From Hypanus sabinus (lineage: Eukaryota), in the NCBI RefSeq assembly GCF_030144855.1, contig NC_082716.1, positions 43,834,001 to 43,898,000 on the forward strand: a stretch of 64,000 nt of DNA, read 5' to 3'. This document shows, piece after piece, positions 23,620 through 35,700 of the stretch. The notes under the pieces are model-generated. The model worked only from the letters and a program-made list of their open reading frames with translations. It was not told the origin of the DNA and did no database searches. Each line of letters opens with the position of its first letter. Positions within the stretch are counted from its first letter, which is position 1. A program made the position numbers and the translations under genes.

Positions 23620-24887
23620 TCAATGTAATAAACAAATGCTTTGAGAGGCTGGTCAAGGAGTACATCTGCAGTACGCTACCGCCCAAGCTGGACCCCCTAC
23701 AACTCGCCTACAGACACAACCGATGGACAGATGATGCAATAGCCACTGCTCTACATACCGCCCATGCACATCTGGAGAAGAAGGATGCTTATGTGAGGAT
23801 GCTGTTTTTGGATTACAGTTCAGCATTCAACTCCATAATTCCATCCAGGCTCAACCGGAAACTCAGAGACTTCTCCCTTGATCCTGCCTTCTGCAGCTGG
23901 ATCCTGGACTTCCTGCCAGATTGCGGGTAAGTGGTAAGAGTGGGCTCCCTCACCTCTGCCACTCTGACTCTCAACACGGGAGCCCCTCAGGGCTGTGTAC
24001 TAAGTCCCCTCCTTTACTCCCTGTAAACCCATGACTGTGCCACAACCCACCGCTCTAATCTGCTATTTAAATTTGCCGATGACACTACATTGATTGCCCT
24101 TATCTCAAACAATAACAAGGTGGCCTACAGGAGAGAAGTCATCTCTCTGATACAGTAGTGTCAAGAAACAACCTCTCCCTCAATGTCACAAAAACAGAAG
24201 AGCTGGTTATGGAGACAGGTTAACCCCCTATTGACATCAATGGATCTGGGGTTGAGAGAGTGAACATCTTTAAGTTCCTCGGTATCCAATTTCTGAGCTC
24301 CTCAGGTGCTCTGTACACACCAGCTGTGCGGTGAAAAAGGCACAACAGCGCCTCTTTCACCTCAGACAATTGAGCAAGTTTGGAATGGGCCCCCAAATTC
24401 TAGGAACTTTCTACAGGGGAACAATTGAGAGCATCCTGACTGGCTGCACCTCTGCTTGGTATGGGAACTGTACTTCCCTCAATCACAGGATTCTGCAGAG
24501 AGTGGTGCGGAGAGCCCAGCACATCTGTAGTTATGAACTCCCCATGAATCAAGACATTTTCAAAGATAGGTGTGAAAAAAGGGCCTGAAGGATCATTGGG
24601 GACCTGAGTCACCCCAACCTCAATCTATTCCAGCTGATACCAACCGGGTTAACAGTACTGCAGCACAAAAGACAGGACCAAAAGGCTCTGGGACAGTTTC
24701 TTCTACCAGGCCATCAGACTGATTAATTCATGCTGACACAACTGTATTTCTGTTTTACATTCACTGGTTGTGTTTATTATAAATTACTATAATTGCACAT
24801 TTAGACAGAGACATAACAAAGATTTTTACTCTCTGTGTATGTGAAGAATGTAAGAAATAATGTCAATTCAATTTCATTCAATTCAAT
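23620..24887 (+). mobile_element. Rex1/Babar LINE 3' portion
   Basis: RT motifs DYSSAFN, PQGCVLSPLLYSL, KFADDTT, KKAQQRLFHLRQL; (attca)n tail. Confidence 0.88.
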
Positions 24888-25189
24888 ACAGTGTGCTTGA
24901 TTGTCTCTTTTTGGCTTTTGAACGGTGTCAAATATATGAACTTAAATATGTACCTTTACATTTTTAAACTGATATAATGGATTTTGTGAGTGGCAGACAA
25001 GGAATCTTTGAGATATGGAGTACATCCAGAGATATCCTCCAGTTAAACATAATTAGTAATACAGAAATTCAACACCGAATGAGAACCACTTCAAAAGTAT
25101 TATTTCTTATCATAACTGACCTTCTATTTGACCTTTTGTTTGAAATTGCAACCTTTGTAGTTTAAAAGAGATGATGAAAAAAAACAAAG

Positions 25190-25485
25190 GTCATAGGTTT
25201 AAGGTCAGAGAGAAAAGATTCCAAAGGGATCTAAGGGGCAACTTCTACACATAGAGCACGACATTTATATGGAATGAACTGCTAGAGGAAATAGTTGAAG
25301 CAGCTACCATAACAATATTTAAAATGTGTTTGGACAGTGCATAGATAGGAAAGGTTTAGAAAGATATGGCTCAAACATAGGCAAATTAGATGAACTTAGA
25401 TAGACACCTTGGTTGGCAAAGACAAATTGGGCCATGAGGACTGTTTCTATGATGCTTAATTCTATGATTCTTTAACTAACTATGA
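25190..25485 (+). mobile_element. CR1 3' end
   Basis: ggtcataggtttaaggt... motif and ctatgattct tail. Confidence 0.7.
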
Positions 25486-25811
25486 TTCTAACAGAAATAT
25501 TCATATTTTATGTTTTTGCCTTGGTGTGTATTTGATTAGTTTGCATCATGATAATTCCAATCCAAGACTCAAAGAAATGTGAATTAAAATGAAGAATGTA
25601 CAAATTTTAGAAGACTGTTCTTTTACTCAAACTATTAATCTCTACACATTAATGAAAATTTTCATTCCGCTAGAAATGCCTTTGAAACGTGTAAGTTTTC
25701 ACCTCATTCACTTTGTTGTCAGAATTTGGTGCCAAAAGGACAAGTTACATTGAGGACACAAAACTCTGGAGGAACTCAGCAAGTCGGGAAGTATCAATGG
25801 AGGGGAATAAG

Positions 25812-25849
25812 CAGTCGATGTTTCAGGCCAAGACCCTTCATCAGGACTA
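25812..25849 (-). ncRNA. Minimal type I hammerhead ribozyme motif (Penelope-associated)
   Basis: Minus strand reads AGTC CTGATGA AGGGTCTTGGCCT GAAA CATC GACT: stem I AGTC/GACT, catalytic boxes CUGAUGA and GAAA, stem II, NUH triplet AUC, no helix III. Confidence 0.75.
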
Positions 25850-26805
25850 GAAAGAAAGAGGGCAGAAAGCCAGAATGAAAGGATATAGGAAGGAGGAGGG
25901 GCACAAGCAGGCTGGTGATAATGGAATATAGGAGAGGAGGTAAGGTAGGTCAGAGGTGAAGGAGGAGGGAGAAATGAGAATGATGTGAGAACCTGCAAAG
26001 TAAAATGTGTAGCAAGCAAAAGGTTGAAAAAAGTGGGATCTGATAGGAGAGGAATAAAGGAAAGGAAGTGGAGAACCAAAGTGGTCAGCAGGTGTGTGAG
26101 AGGAAAGAGAAGGGGTAATGGCGCCAGGGCAATAAGGGAAAACAATGAGTGAGGGTGTGGACTGAGGGGAGTGCATATCAGAAGTTATAAAAATCAATTT
26201 TAATGCCAACAGGTTTGGGAATTTGAGGTGTTGTTCCTCTAATCTGCGTCTAGCCACGACTTAGCAAAAGAAGTAGCTGTGGACGGACGTTGGTATGGGA
26301 ATGGAAAGTGGACTTGAAATGGTTGGCCATCACGAGATTATGGCTATTATGATAAATGGTGCAGAGATGGTAGATGAAGCGATTTCTGCCAATCCGTGCC
26401 AGACTTCCCTGAAGTACAAGAAGTTGCACTGGGAGCACTGAATGGCATTGCTGGATTCACATGTGAAGTGCTGCCTCACCTGGTAGAACTAATTTTGGCC
26501 CTTAGTGGAGGTGAGCGAGGAGCTGTAAAGGTATATGTAATAGTTGGGATAATTGCAGGGTTAAGAAGTACCTGGAAGGGTACCTGTGGACAAGGATGAG
26601 CAAGCACAGTTGTCACAGAGAGAACAATTCCTGTGGGGGGGGGGGGAGAATACAAATTTGTGCCTGGTGGTGGAATCCTGTTGGAGACAGCAGATGTTAC
26701 AGAGAGTGATTGATGCAGAGGCTAATGGGGTGATAGGTGAGATCAAGAGGAACACTATTCTTGTTACATGGTAGGGGGATGGTGTGAGGACAGATATGTG
26801 GGAAA

Positions 26806-28925
26806 CTTCTCTTCGGTATTCACCACTGAGAGGGAACTTGATGACGGTGAGGACAATATGAGTGAGGTTGATGTTCTGGAGCATGTTGATATTAAGGGAG
26901 AGGAGGTGTTGGAGTTGTTAAAATACATTAGGACAGATAGGTCCCAGGGGCCTAATGGAATATTCCCCAGGCTGCTCCACGAGGCAAGGGAAGAGATTGC
27001 TGAACCTTTGGCTAGGATCTTTATGTCCTCGTTGTCCACGGGAATGGTACCAGAGGATTGGAGGGAGGCGAATGTTGTCCCCTTGTTCAAAAGAGGTAGT
27101 AGGGATAGTCCAGGTAATTATAGACCAGTGAGCCTCACGTCTGTGGTGGGAAAGCTGTTTTAAGAGATTCTTAGAGATAGGATCTATGGGCATTTGGAGA
27201 ATCATGGTCTGATCAGGGACAGTCAGCATGGCTTTGTGAAGGGCAGATCAAGCCTAACAAGCCTGATAGAGTTCTTTGAGGAGGTGACCAGGCATATAGA
27301 TGGGGGTAGTGCAGTGGATGTGATCTACATGGATTTTAGTAAGGCATTTGTCAAGGTTCTACACGGTAGGCTTATTCAGAAAGTCAGAAGACATGGGATC
27401 CAGGGAAGTTTGGCCAGGTGGATTCAGAATTGGCTTGCCTGCAGAAGGCAGAGGGTTGTGGTGGAGGGAGTACATTCAGAATGGAGGGTTGTGACTAGCG
27501 GTGTCCCACAAGGATCTGTTTGGGATTAACTTAATAACTTCAAACAAAAAGATAACAATAACTTCTTTTAGAATCATAGAGTCACAGAAAATAACAGCAC
27601 AGCACAGCACAGAGACAGACCCTTCGAGCCATCTAGTCCATGCCTGATCCCATTGACCTGCACTGGGACCATAGCCACTTCTCTTAAATGTTGAAATCAA
27701 ACTTGCATGCACCACTTGCACTAGCAGCTTGTTCCACACTCTCACGAACCTCTGAGTGAAGAAATTTCCCTTATGTTCCCCTTAAACTTTTCACATTTCT
27801 CCCTTAACCCATGACTTCTGGTTGTAGTCTACCCAATCTCAGTGGAAAAAGCCTGTTTACATTTATCTTATCTATATCCCTCATAACTTTGCATACCTCT
27901 ATTAAATCTTCTCTTAATCTATATTCTAAAGAATACAGTCCTAACCTATTCAATCTTTCCTTATAACTCAGGTCCTCTGGACCCTGCAACATCCTTGTAA
28001 ATTTCTCTGTACTCTTTCAACCTTATTTACATGGGTTGGCAAGTTTGCAGACGACACAAAGCTTGGTGGTGTTGTAGATAGTGTAGAGGATTGTCGAAGA
28101 TTGCAGAGAGACATTGATAGGATGCAGAAGTGGGCTGAGAAATGGCAGATGGAGTTCAACCCAGAGAAGTGTGAGGTGGTACACTTTGGAAGGACAAACT
28201 CCAAGGCAGAGTACAAAGTAAATGGCAGGATACTTGGTAGAGTGGAGGAACAGAGAGATCTGGGGGTACATGTCCACAGATCCCTGAAAGTTGCCTCACA
28301 GGTAGATAGGATAGTTAAGAAAGCTTATGGGGTGTTAGCTTTCATAAATCGAGGGATAGAGTTTAAGAGACACGATGTAATGATGCAGCTCTATAAAATT
28401 CTAGTTAGGCCACACTTGGATTACTGTGTCCAGTTCTGGTTGCCTCAGTATAGGAAGGATGTGGAAGCACTGGAAAGGGTACTGAGGAGATTTACCAGGA
28501 TGCTGCCTGGTTTAGAGAGTATGGATTATGATCAGAGATTAAGGGAGCTAGGGCTTTACTCTTTGGAGAGAAGGAGGATGAGAGGAGACATGATAGAGGT
28601 GTACAAGATATTAACAGGAACAGGCAGCCAGCGCCTCTTCCCCAGGGCACCACTGCTCAGTACAAGAAGTAATGGCTTTAAGGTAAGGGGAGGGAAGTTC
28701 AAGGGGGATATTAGAGGAAGGTTTTTCCCTCAGTGAGTGGTTGGTGTGTGGAATGCACTGCCTGAGTCAGTGGTGGAGGCAGATACGCTAGTGAAATTTA
28801 AGAGACTACTAGACAGGTATATGGAGGAATTTAAGGTGGGGGATTATATGGGAGGCAGGGTTTGAGGGTCAGCACAACATTGTGGGCCGAAGGGCCTGTA
28901 ATGTGCTATACTATTCTATGTTCTA
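26806..28925 (+). mobile_element. CR1 LINE (RT region to 3' end), interrupted by an inverted CR1 fragment
   Basis: NYRPVSLTSVVGK, QHGFVKGRS, YMDFSKAF, SGVPQGSV, KFADDTK, LVRPHLDYCVQFW; ctatgttctat tail. Confidence 0.93.
27526..28030 (-). mobile_element. CR1 3' fragment inserted antisense in a CR1
   Basis: LSYKERLNRLGLYSLEYRLREDLIEV on the minus strand. Confidence 0.85.
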
Positions 28926-29329
28926 TAAACAGAAGAGGTGTGGGTGAGGGGGAGCCCATCCTTTGATAAAGGAGTACATCTCATATGTACTGGAATGGAA
29001 AGAAACTTGCTGAGTTTGAGAGGGTTGAATGTTTCAAGTTTCCAGGATGCACCACAGAAAACTTCCTGTTGTGATGCACCTTGGCTTGGTATGGCAAATG
29101 CTTTGCTTGTGACTGCAAGGAAGCTCGGAACACAGTTCAGCACATGATGGAAACCAGACTTAACCCCCCCCCCCCCCCACTGCCCCATGAACTCCATGTC
29201 TTCTACTGCTTCAGTAAACCCTGTCATTATCAAAGAACCCACCCAACCCAGATATTCTCACTTTTCACCCTTTCATCAGGCAGAAATACAGAAGTCTGAA
29301 AGCACATATTAAATCTTTAACCTCATGGA

Positions 29330-29525
29330 CATCTTCCATGGATATCCTATCCAATTACAAGGAACATTGTCGCAGAAAGGCAGCAACCATCATCAATGAC
29401 CCCCATCATCCAGGCCATGTTCTCTTCTCTCTGCTGCCATCTGTAAGGAACTACAGTAGCCTCAAGCCCCACATCACCAGGTTCAGGAACAGTTACTACC
29501 CTTCAACCATTAGGCTCTTGAACCA
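29330..29525 (+). mobile_element. Rex1-type 3' fragment
   Basis: RRKAATIINDPHHPGHVLFSLLPS...RFRNSYYPSTIRLLN. Confidence 0.8.
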
Positions 29526-32140
29526 TAAGACCATAAGATATAGAAGCAGAATTAGGCCATTTAACAGAGATGATAGATTGTCTGTCTCAGCCCCAATTTC
29601 ACACCACCTCCCCATATCCCTTCACATCTTGACTAATAAAAAATCCACTGACCTCTGCCTCAAGTATACTGAATGGCTTGGCCTCCACAGCTGCCTGTGG
29701 CAACAAATTCCACATATTCACCATTATCTGGCTGAAGAAATTCCTCTTTATCTCCAATCTAAAACAACGTCCCTTTATGCTGAGGCTCTGCCTTCTGGTC
29801 CTAGACTCCCCCACCATAGGAAACATCCTCTCCACATTCACTCTATTAAGGTTTCCATTCATTCTTCTGAATTCCAGTGAATAGAGGCCCAAAGCCAATA
29901 AACACCCCTCATATGACAAACCTGTCGATCCTGGAATCATTTGTGAGAACTTCTTTTGAACCCTCTCCCATATCAGTATGTCCTTTCTTAGATAGGGGGC
30001 CCAAAACTGTTCACAATTCTCCATAAGGCCTCGCCAGTGCTTTCTAAAGCATCAAAATTACATCCTTGGTTTTATATTCTAGTCCTCTTGAAATGAATGC
30101 TAACATCACATTTACCTTCCACACCACAGACTCAACCTGCAAAGTAACCTTTAGGGAATCCTGCATGAATCTCCCAAATCCCCTTGCACCTCAGATTTTT
30201 GAATTTTCTCTCCATTTAGAAAAGAGACTATGCTTTATTTATTTTACCAAAGTGCATGACTATACACTCCCTTACACTATATTCTATCTGCCACTTCTTT
30301 GCCTATTCTCCTAAACTGTCTAAGTCCTTCTGCAGATTCTCTGCTTCTTCAACACTACCTGCCTCCACCTAGCTTCATATTGTCCATAAATTTGGCCACA
30401 AAGTTTTCGATTCTGTCATTCAAATCATTGACATATAATGTAAAAAGAAGTGGTCCCAATACTGAGCCCTGAGGAATGTCACTGGTCGCCAGCAGCCTAC
30501 CAAAATAGGCCCCTTTTATTCCCACACTTTGCCTCCTGCTAATCAGTCATGAGTGGCACCCTGTCAAAGACCTTCTGCAAATCCAAATCTACTGACTCTC
30601 CTTTATCTATTCTGACTGTTATTTCCTCAAAGAATTCCAACAGATTTGTCAGGTGAGATTTCCACTTAAGGAAAACATGCTGACTTTGGCCTGTCTTCTC
30701 TTGTGCTTCCAAGTACCTCAATGTCATCCTTTATAGTGGACACCAGCATTTTCCCAACCACTGAAGGCAGGCTAACTGGCCTATCTTCTGTCTCCCTCCC
30801 TTAAAGTGAGGAGTGAAATTTGCAATTTTCAATTTCTCTGGAACCTTTCCTGAATCTAGTGATTCTTGGAAGTATCATTATTAATACCTCCACAATCTCT
30901 TTAACTACCTTTTTCAGAATTCTAGGGTGTATTCCAATTGGCCCAGGTGACTTATCTACCTTCAGATCGTTCTGTTTCCCAAGCACCTACTCTTTAGTAA
31001 TGGCAACTACTCTCACTTCTGCCCTATGACACTCTTGAATTTCTGGCATATTTCTAGTGTCTTCCACAGTGAAGACTGATGCAAAATACTTAATAAGTTC
31101 ATCCACCGTTTCTTTATTTCCTGTTACTACCTCTCCAGTGTCATGTTCCAGTGGTTTGATATCCACTCCTCTCCTTTTCATATATCTGAAAAAAAATTGA
31201 GTATCCTCTTTTATGTTATTGACCTGCTTACCTTCATATTTCATCTTTTCTCTCCAAAAGCTTTGAGTTCTCTATGTTCCCATTAATTTTTGCTATATTA
31301 TATGCCCTCTCCTTTGCTTTTATGCTGTCTTTGGCTTGTTAGCTATGGTTTCCCCATTCTCCCACTGGAATACATATTCATCTTTGGGATGTATTTATCC
31401 TGTACCTTCTGAATTGCCCCCATAAACTCCAGCTAATGCTATTCTGCCGTCATCCCTGCTAGTGGCTGCTTCCAATCAACTTTGGCCAACTTCTCTCTCA
31501 TGCCTCTGTAATTCCCTTTACTCCGCTGTAATACTGATCAAAATTCTTTGGACACATCATGCAGAGAAAGACATTAGAACATTTAGTTACAACTGGAAAA
31601 CTGGAAGGAAAAAGAAGCAGAGGTAGACAGAGAATGAGAATGATAGATGGATGAACATCATGGTTAGAAACGGGAGGTAATAACAACAATTCGGAGGGTC
31701 AGGGACTGTGATGGATGGAGAATCATGATTGCCCACGCTGAACGGCAAGGCACCTGAACTAATACATCTGACTTTAGCTTCTCTCTCTCAAACTGCAGGG
31801 TAAATTCTATCACATTATGATCGCTGTCTCCTAAGGGTTCCTTTACTTTAAGCTCACTAAACAAATCTGGTTTATTACACAACACCATTGTAATTTATAT
31901 CTCAAACCCTGGCTGCTGTTTGGAGGCCTGCATTTTACTCCCATCAGGATCTTTTAACCTTTAACTCTACCCACAAGGATTCTACATTTTCTGATCCATG
32001 TCGCCTCTTCCTTAAGGATTTGATTTCATTTTTACCAACAGAAGCAGCCTACCTGCCTGTCCTTTGATACTAAATTTCCAATTATGCACTTCTTTCAGCC
32101 ACGCCCACAACGTCAAACTTGCCAGTTTCTAACTAGGCCT
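29526..32140 (-). mobile_element. CR1 LINE, degenerate, containing an RTE 3' fragment at about 31540-31757
   Basis: Minus-strand ORFs QFWAPYLRKD, TNLLEFFEEIT, KSPGPIGIHPRILK, LGDSDHNVIEF. Confidence 0.88.
31540..31757 (+). mobile_element. RTE-clade LINE 3' fragment
   Basis: Translates to KFFGHIMQRKTLEHLVTTGKLEGKRSRGRQR, a typical RTE C-terminus. Confidence 0.8.
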
Positions 32141-32339
32141 TAAGTTCAGAAATTGCTGCATTGTGATCCTGACTGCTTTGGAGATGCACGGAGCTGAAAT
32201 TTAATTCTATGAAAGTTGCTCATGGCTATCTGTGTGATACATGTCTTGGAGGAAAAGCAATTTGATTCAACTTTTTCTGTACTGTAGACATATAACTTCA
32301 TGGAAAATGCTGCAACTAAGTTGATGGATAAAATTGAAT

Positions 32340-32720
32340 CAGCCGGCAACTTATGTGTATGGAAACAGATTCATTATTTTCCAAAGGGCGACGTCTACAA
32401 ATGGGGACCGTGAGGATGATTTTGGGAGGAGTGCTGCATCCGCATTTGGCATCAGGGAGACGTTCTCGCCGCCGGGTGCGTCAGTTCCGGCGGGTCCCCG
32501 GCTTCATTCAGAGTGCTCGGAAGGTCGGAGCGAGTCATGAAGCTGCAGGTGGTCTTGCTCGCCGTGCTTTGGAGCGGGCTGATCCGCTCGCACGCGTCTG
32601 AGGGTGAAAGTCGAGGAAGAGGTTTGTCAGTATTTTTAAAACGACAATCATTAATGGCCTCCTTCTGTTGCAAATCCGATCACTCGTTGTGTGGCTAAGA
32701 ATGACAAGTTTCCTGTAGTT
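32340..32720 (+). promoter_or_regulatory. TXNDC12: CpG-rich promoter / exon 1 region of TXNDC12
   Basis: Local CpG enrichment around the ATG at 32537; TTCCGG ETS-like motif. Confidence 0.7.
32537..32621 (+). CDS. TXNDC12: TXNDC12 exon 1 (signal peptide [20 protein letters not shown]...)
   Basis: Hydrophobic N-terminus; phase-1 donor G|GTTTGT matches the phase of exon 2. Confidence 0.85.
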
Positions 32721-35700
32721 ACGTAAATTATTATGTTAGATGGGATGCTCAGGTACAAATATAGGGCGAATGTCATTTTTGTTTTCGACCCAGTAATCTA
32801 TTAGGGGAAAAAAAAGAAGGGAGAACAACTAATAGTACCTGCATATCCATGAAAGGAAATAGTTGATTTATTCTCCATATTGTCCTAGTATTTCACTCCC
32901 TGCAGAATCACGAGGGTAGACCCATCCTTAAATGTCCATACCGATAAATATCAATTTAACATGGCCCCTTCGTATTTAACACCAAATGATTAAGATTCGC
33001 AGTGCATATTGTTTGGATATGAGAATTTGATTTGGTGTGGTATAACTTATTGAAACTGGGAATTTAACTATTTTTTCAGGATTTGGAGATCATATTCACT
33101 GGAGAACACTAGACGATGGTAAAAAAGTAGCCGAAGCCAGGTATACAGAACTTCCTCTTCCTGTTCTGGCGTGGAGTTTAATGCTAATTATCTGAATGCA
33201 CTGTGTTCATACTAAAACACCATTTTTGGCAGCAGTTGAATCTTTAGAGCCAATCTGCTTAGAAAAAATGTCTCCAAAGTTGGATTTGCTTATTCGGCCA
33301 TTCATTTTTCAGCATTTATACATCGTGTATGTTTGATTTAGGACAAGTGGGTATGTTTTTAATAAGATGGTAAAATAGCAATCATCTTTATTATGTATAC
33401 TTGTGAAAGAAACTTTTACTACAGCTATGCAGATTATAGATGTTTGTATTTTGTGGTTACTTCACCACAAGATGTCAGTACTTAATTTAGAAAAGGAAAT
33501 ACTCATTTTTTGCTAAACTTTAAAAATACTGGAGACAAACAGCACAGTTTTCTAATTATGCACAGCAACTTCAAGGAAATAACATAGAATGACGTTTGAA
33601 AATCCATAAATTACTTTCTAAAATGGTCTGCTCTGTTGCAAGGTGGATAAAAACTGCATTTTACAATGTCTACATGGCTCCAATGGTCAACACTGTTTCC
33701 ATTGTTTGTATTATATTGATGAAGCAAATGTATTTTAATCTGACTATTGAGATGGAGATTCCAGGTTGAGTCTGAGCTTTTTACAGTCAAAGAACTATTT
33801 TGTGAAATATTTCCTATTGAAATGCTGATTTGCATTCGGCAACTGTATTTATGAGTGTGGTTGTAAATGCACGTACTCCCCATTGTATCCTTTCAGTATA
33901 ATCCCAAATTCCTAACTGGAGAATTTTCTGAGAATCATGTTGTTTGCAATGCTCAGAATCATTTTTTTTTGTAATTTATTTTTTTATTGATGGAATCATT
34001 TTCATATGAATGGAAATTAGAAAAGCACACAACTGAGTCCAAACTCTTTATTGCAAAATATTCAAGTATGAACAATAAGCTGAATTCTGAGGAGATTTTA
34101 CATTCCATATCTCCTTGGTAAGCTAATAGCAGCAACTTAGGGGGGGGTTAGCGGGACGATACCAATGGGTTTCATGGGTACTTTAATGGTTTTAATCTTT
34201 GGGCTCAGTGTAGCCCATCTGTTGAGATGTCAAATAGTATGTTTTCACATTCAGAGTCAGACGCAGCTCCACTGTTGTTGTGTTACACTTCATGGCCTTT
34301 CAGCTCTGTACATTCGCATTTGACCTATCTTAATTTAAAAAAAAACAAGGCTAATTGTAAATATAATTAGCAATAAGACTGTGAAAAACATGATACCAGC
34401 AGAATGCAGTTAATATTATTACTTGGATCGTTTCATTTTATAATTTGCTTTCTGCAGTCAATTGCCTTCATTTGGCATTTTAGTGATATACTGAGTGGGC
34501 TATTGATTAAGGAGTTCTTCACATGTCTTTTTTCCCTCCAAGGGGACTATAACCATGTTGTGGTTTGGAGCCTTGCATGCCACAATGATCTGGAGAGCTA
34601 TTTTGGCTAGAGTCAGGGCTTTATGCTTTGGCTCTCGGTCAGGTCACCCATGCCAAAAGGGTCTAGGGGTAGAGGATGGGCTAAGTGTGGTCCTCTGGAC
34701 CTCCAGTTTCAGGGATTCATCTCGGGGCTAACAACCCTGACTGATAAAACAGAATTGTTATGGAAACAGCAGTGAAGAATCCTTCTACAGCTGAGTGAGA
34801 TGGTATTCCTGAGTCTCCACCCAGGAGTGACAGTAGTAAAAGCTGAGGAAGCTCCTGGCACAGTGAGGGATACCCTGAACACTGCCAGAGATGGTGGATC
34901 TTCACTGCTGCCCTAAATGTCAACAGTAATGGGCTGTAAGTAAGTAATGTGGCCTTTCTGGCAAAGCTAAGTTGCAGTTGAATTGTACAATGTTTTGGTT
35001 TGATTTTTGCTGCTCTGAGTCAGTTGGTTTTAGCATGTTTGCAATAGAAGTGATACTTTGGTTTCTCTGACCTGGTTTGCTATTTGTAATCATTATCTTG
35101 AGGCTCTTAAAGCAGCCTTAGTATGCCAGTGCCTGAAGTTCCTGTGTATAGGTGAAATAGCTTGCAAATTCTCACTGTCCAGATTGGCATGAAGATTAGT
35201 GGCTGATATTTCCATGAAATTCCATTTGAGACAGGGAAATGGAGGAGGAAGAAATGGGAAGTAGCCATTGTGAAATTTGAGCATATTATTTATTTGCCCA
35301 ATGATATTGGTTCAGTCTTGGGGAGCAAGATTTAAAATGTCTTATTATTTGGTATGAACATTCAGAGATCATTAAGATGAGTAACCTGTATATTATTTAC
35401 TGATAAAGATTTTTCTTTGTTCTCTTTTTAGTGGTCTGCCACTGATGTTGATCATACATAAAAGCTGGTGTGGTGCTTGTACAGGTAGATTCATAATTTG
35501 GATTCTTCTAAAAATTTAAATACTAATAATTTAAAAATTATTGATTTTAACTATTTTCTAGCACGTCATCATGAAAATAGTCTACTTAAACATTTCTTTT
35601 TGTGAATTGTACTATCGCTTCCAGCTCTGAAACCAAAGTTTGCCTCTTCTCAGGAGATCTCAGAACTGGCACATAACTTTGTCATGGTGAATGTGGAGGT

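Larger units (their letters stand above)
25754..29002 (-). mobile_element. Penelope-like element (3' part), split by a CR1 insertion; pieces at about 25754-26805 and 28926-29002
   Basis: GIY-YIG C-terminal remnant RRRLEEQHL; linker QQDSTTRHKF; terminal repeat with hammerhead motif at 25811-25850. Confidence 0.75.
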
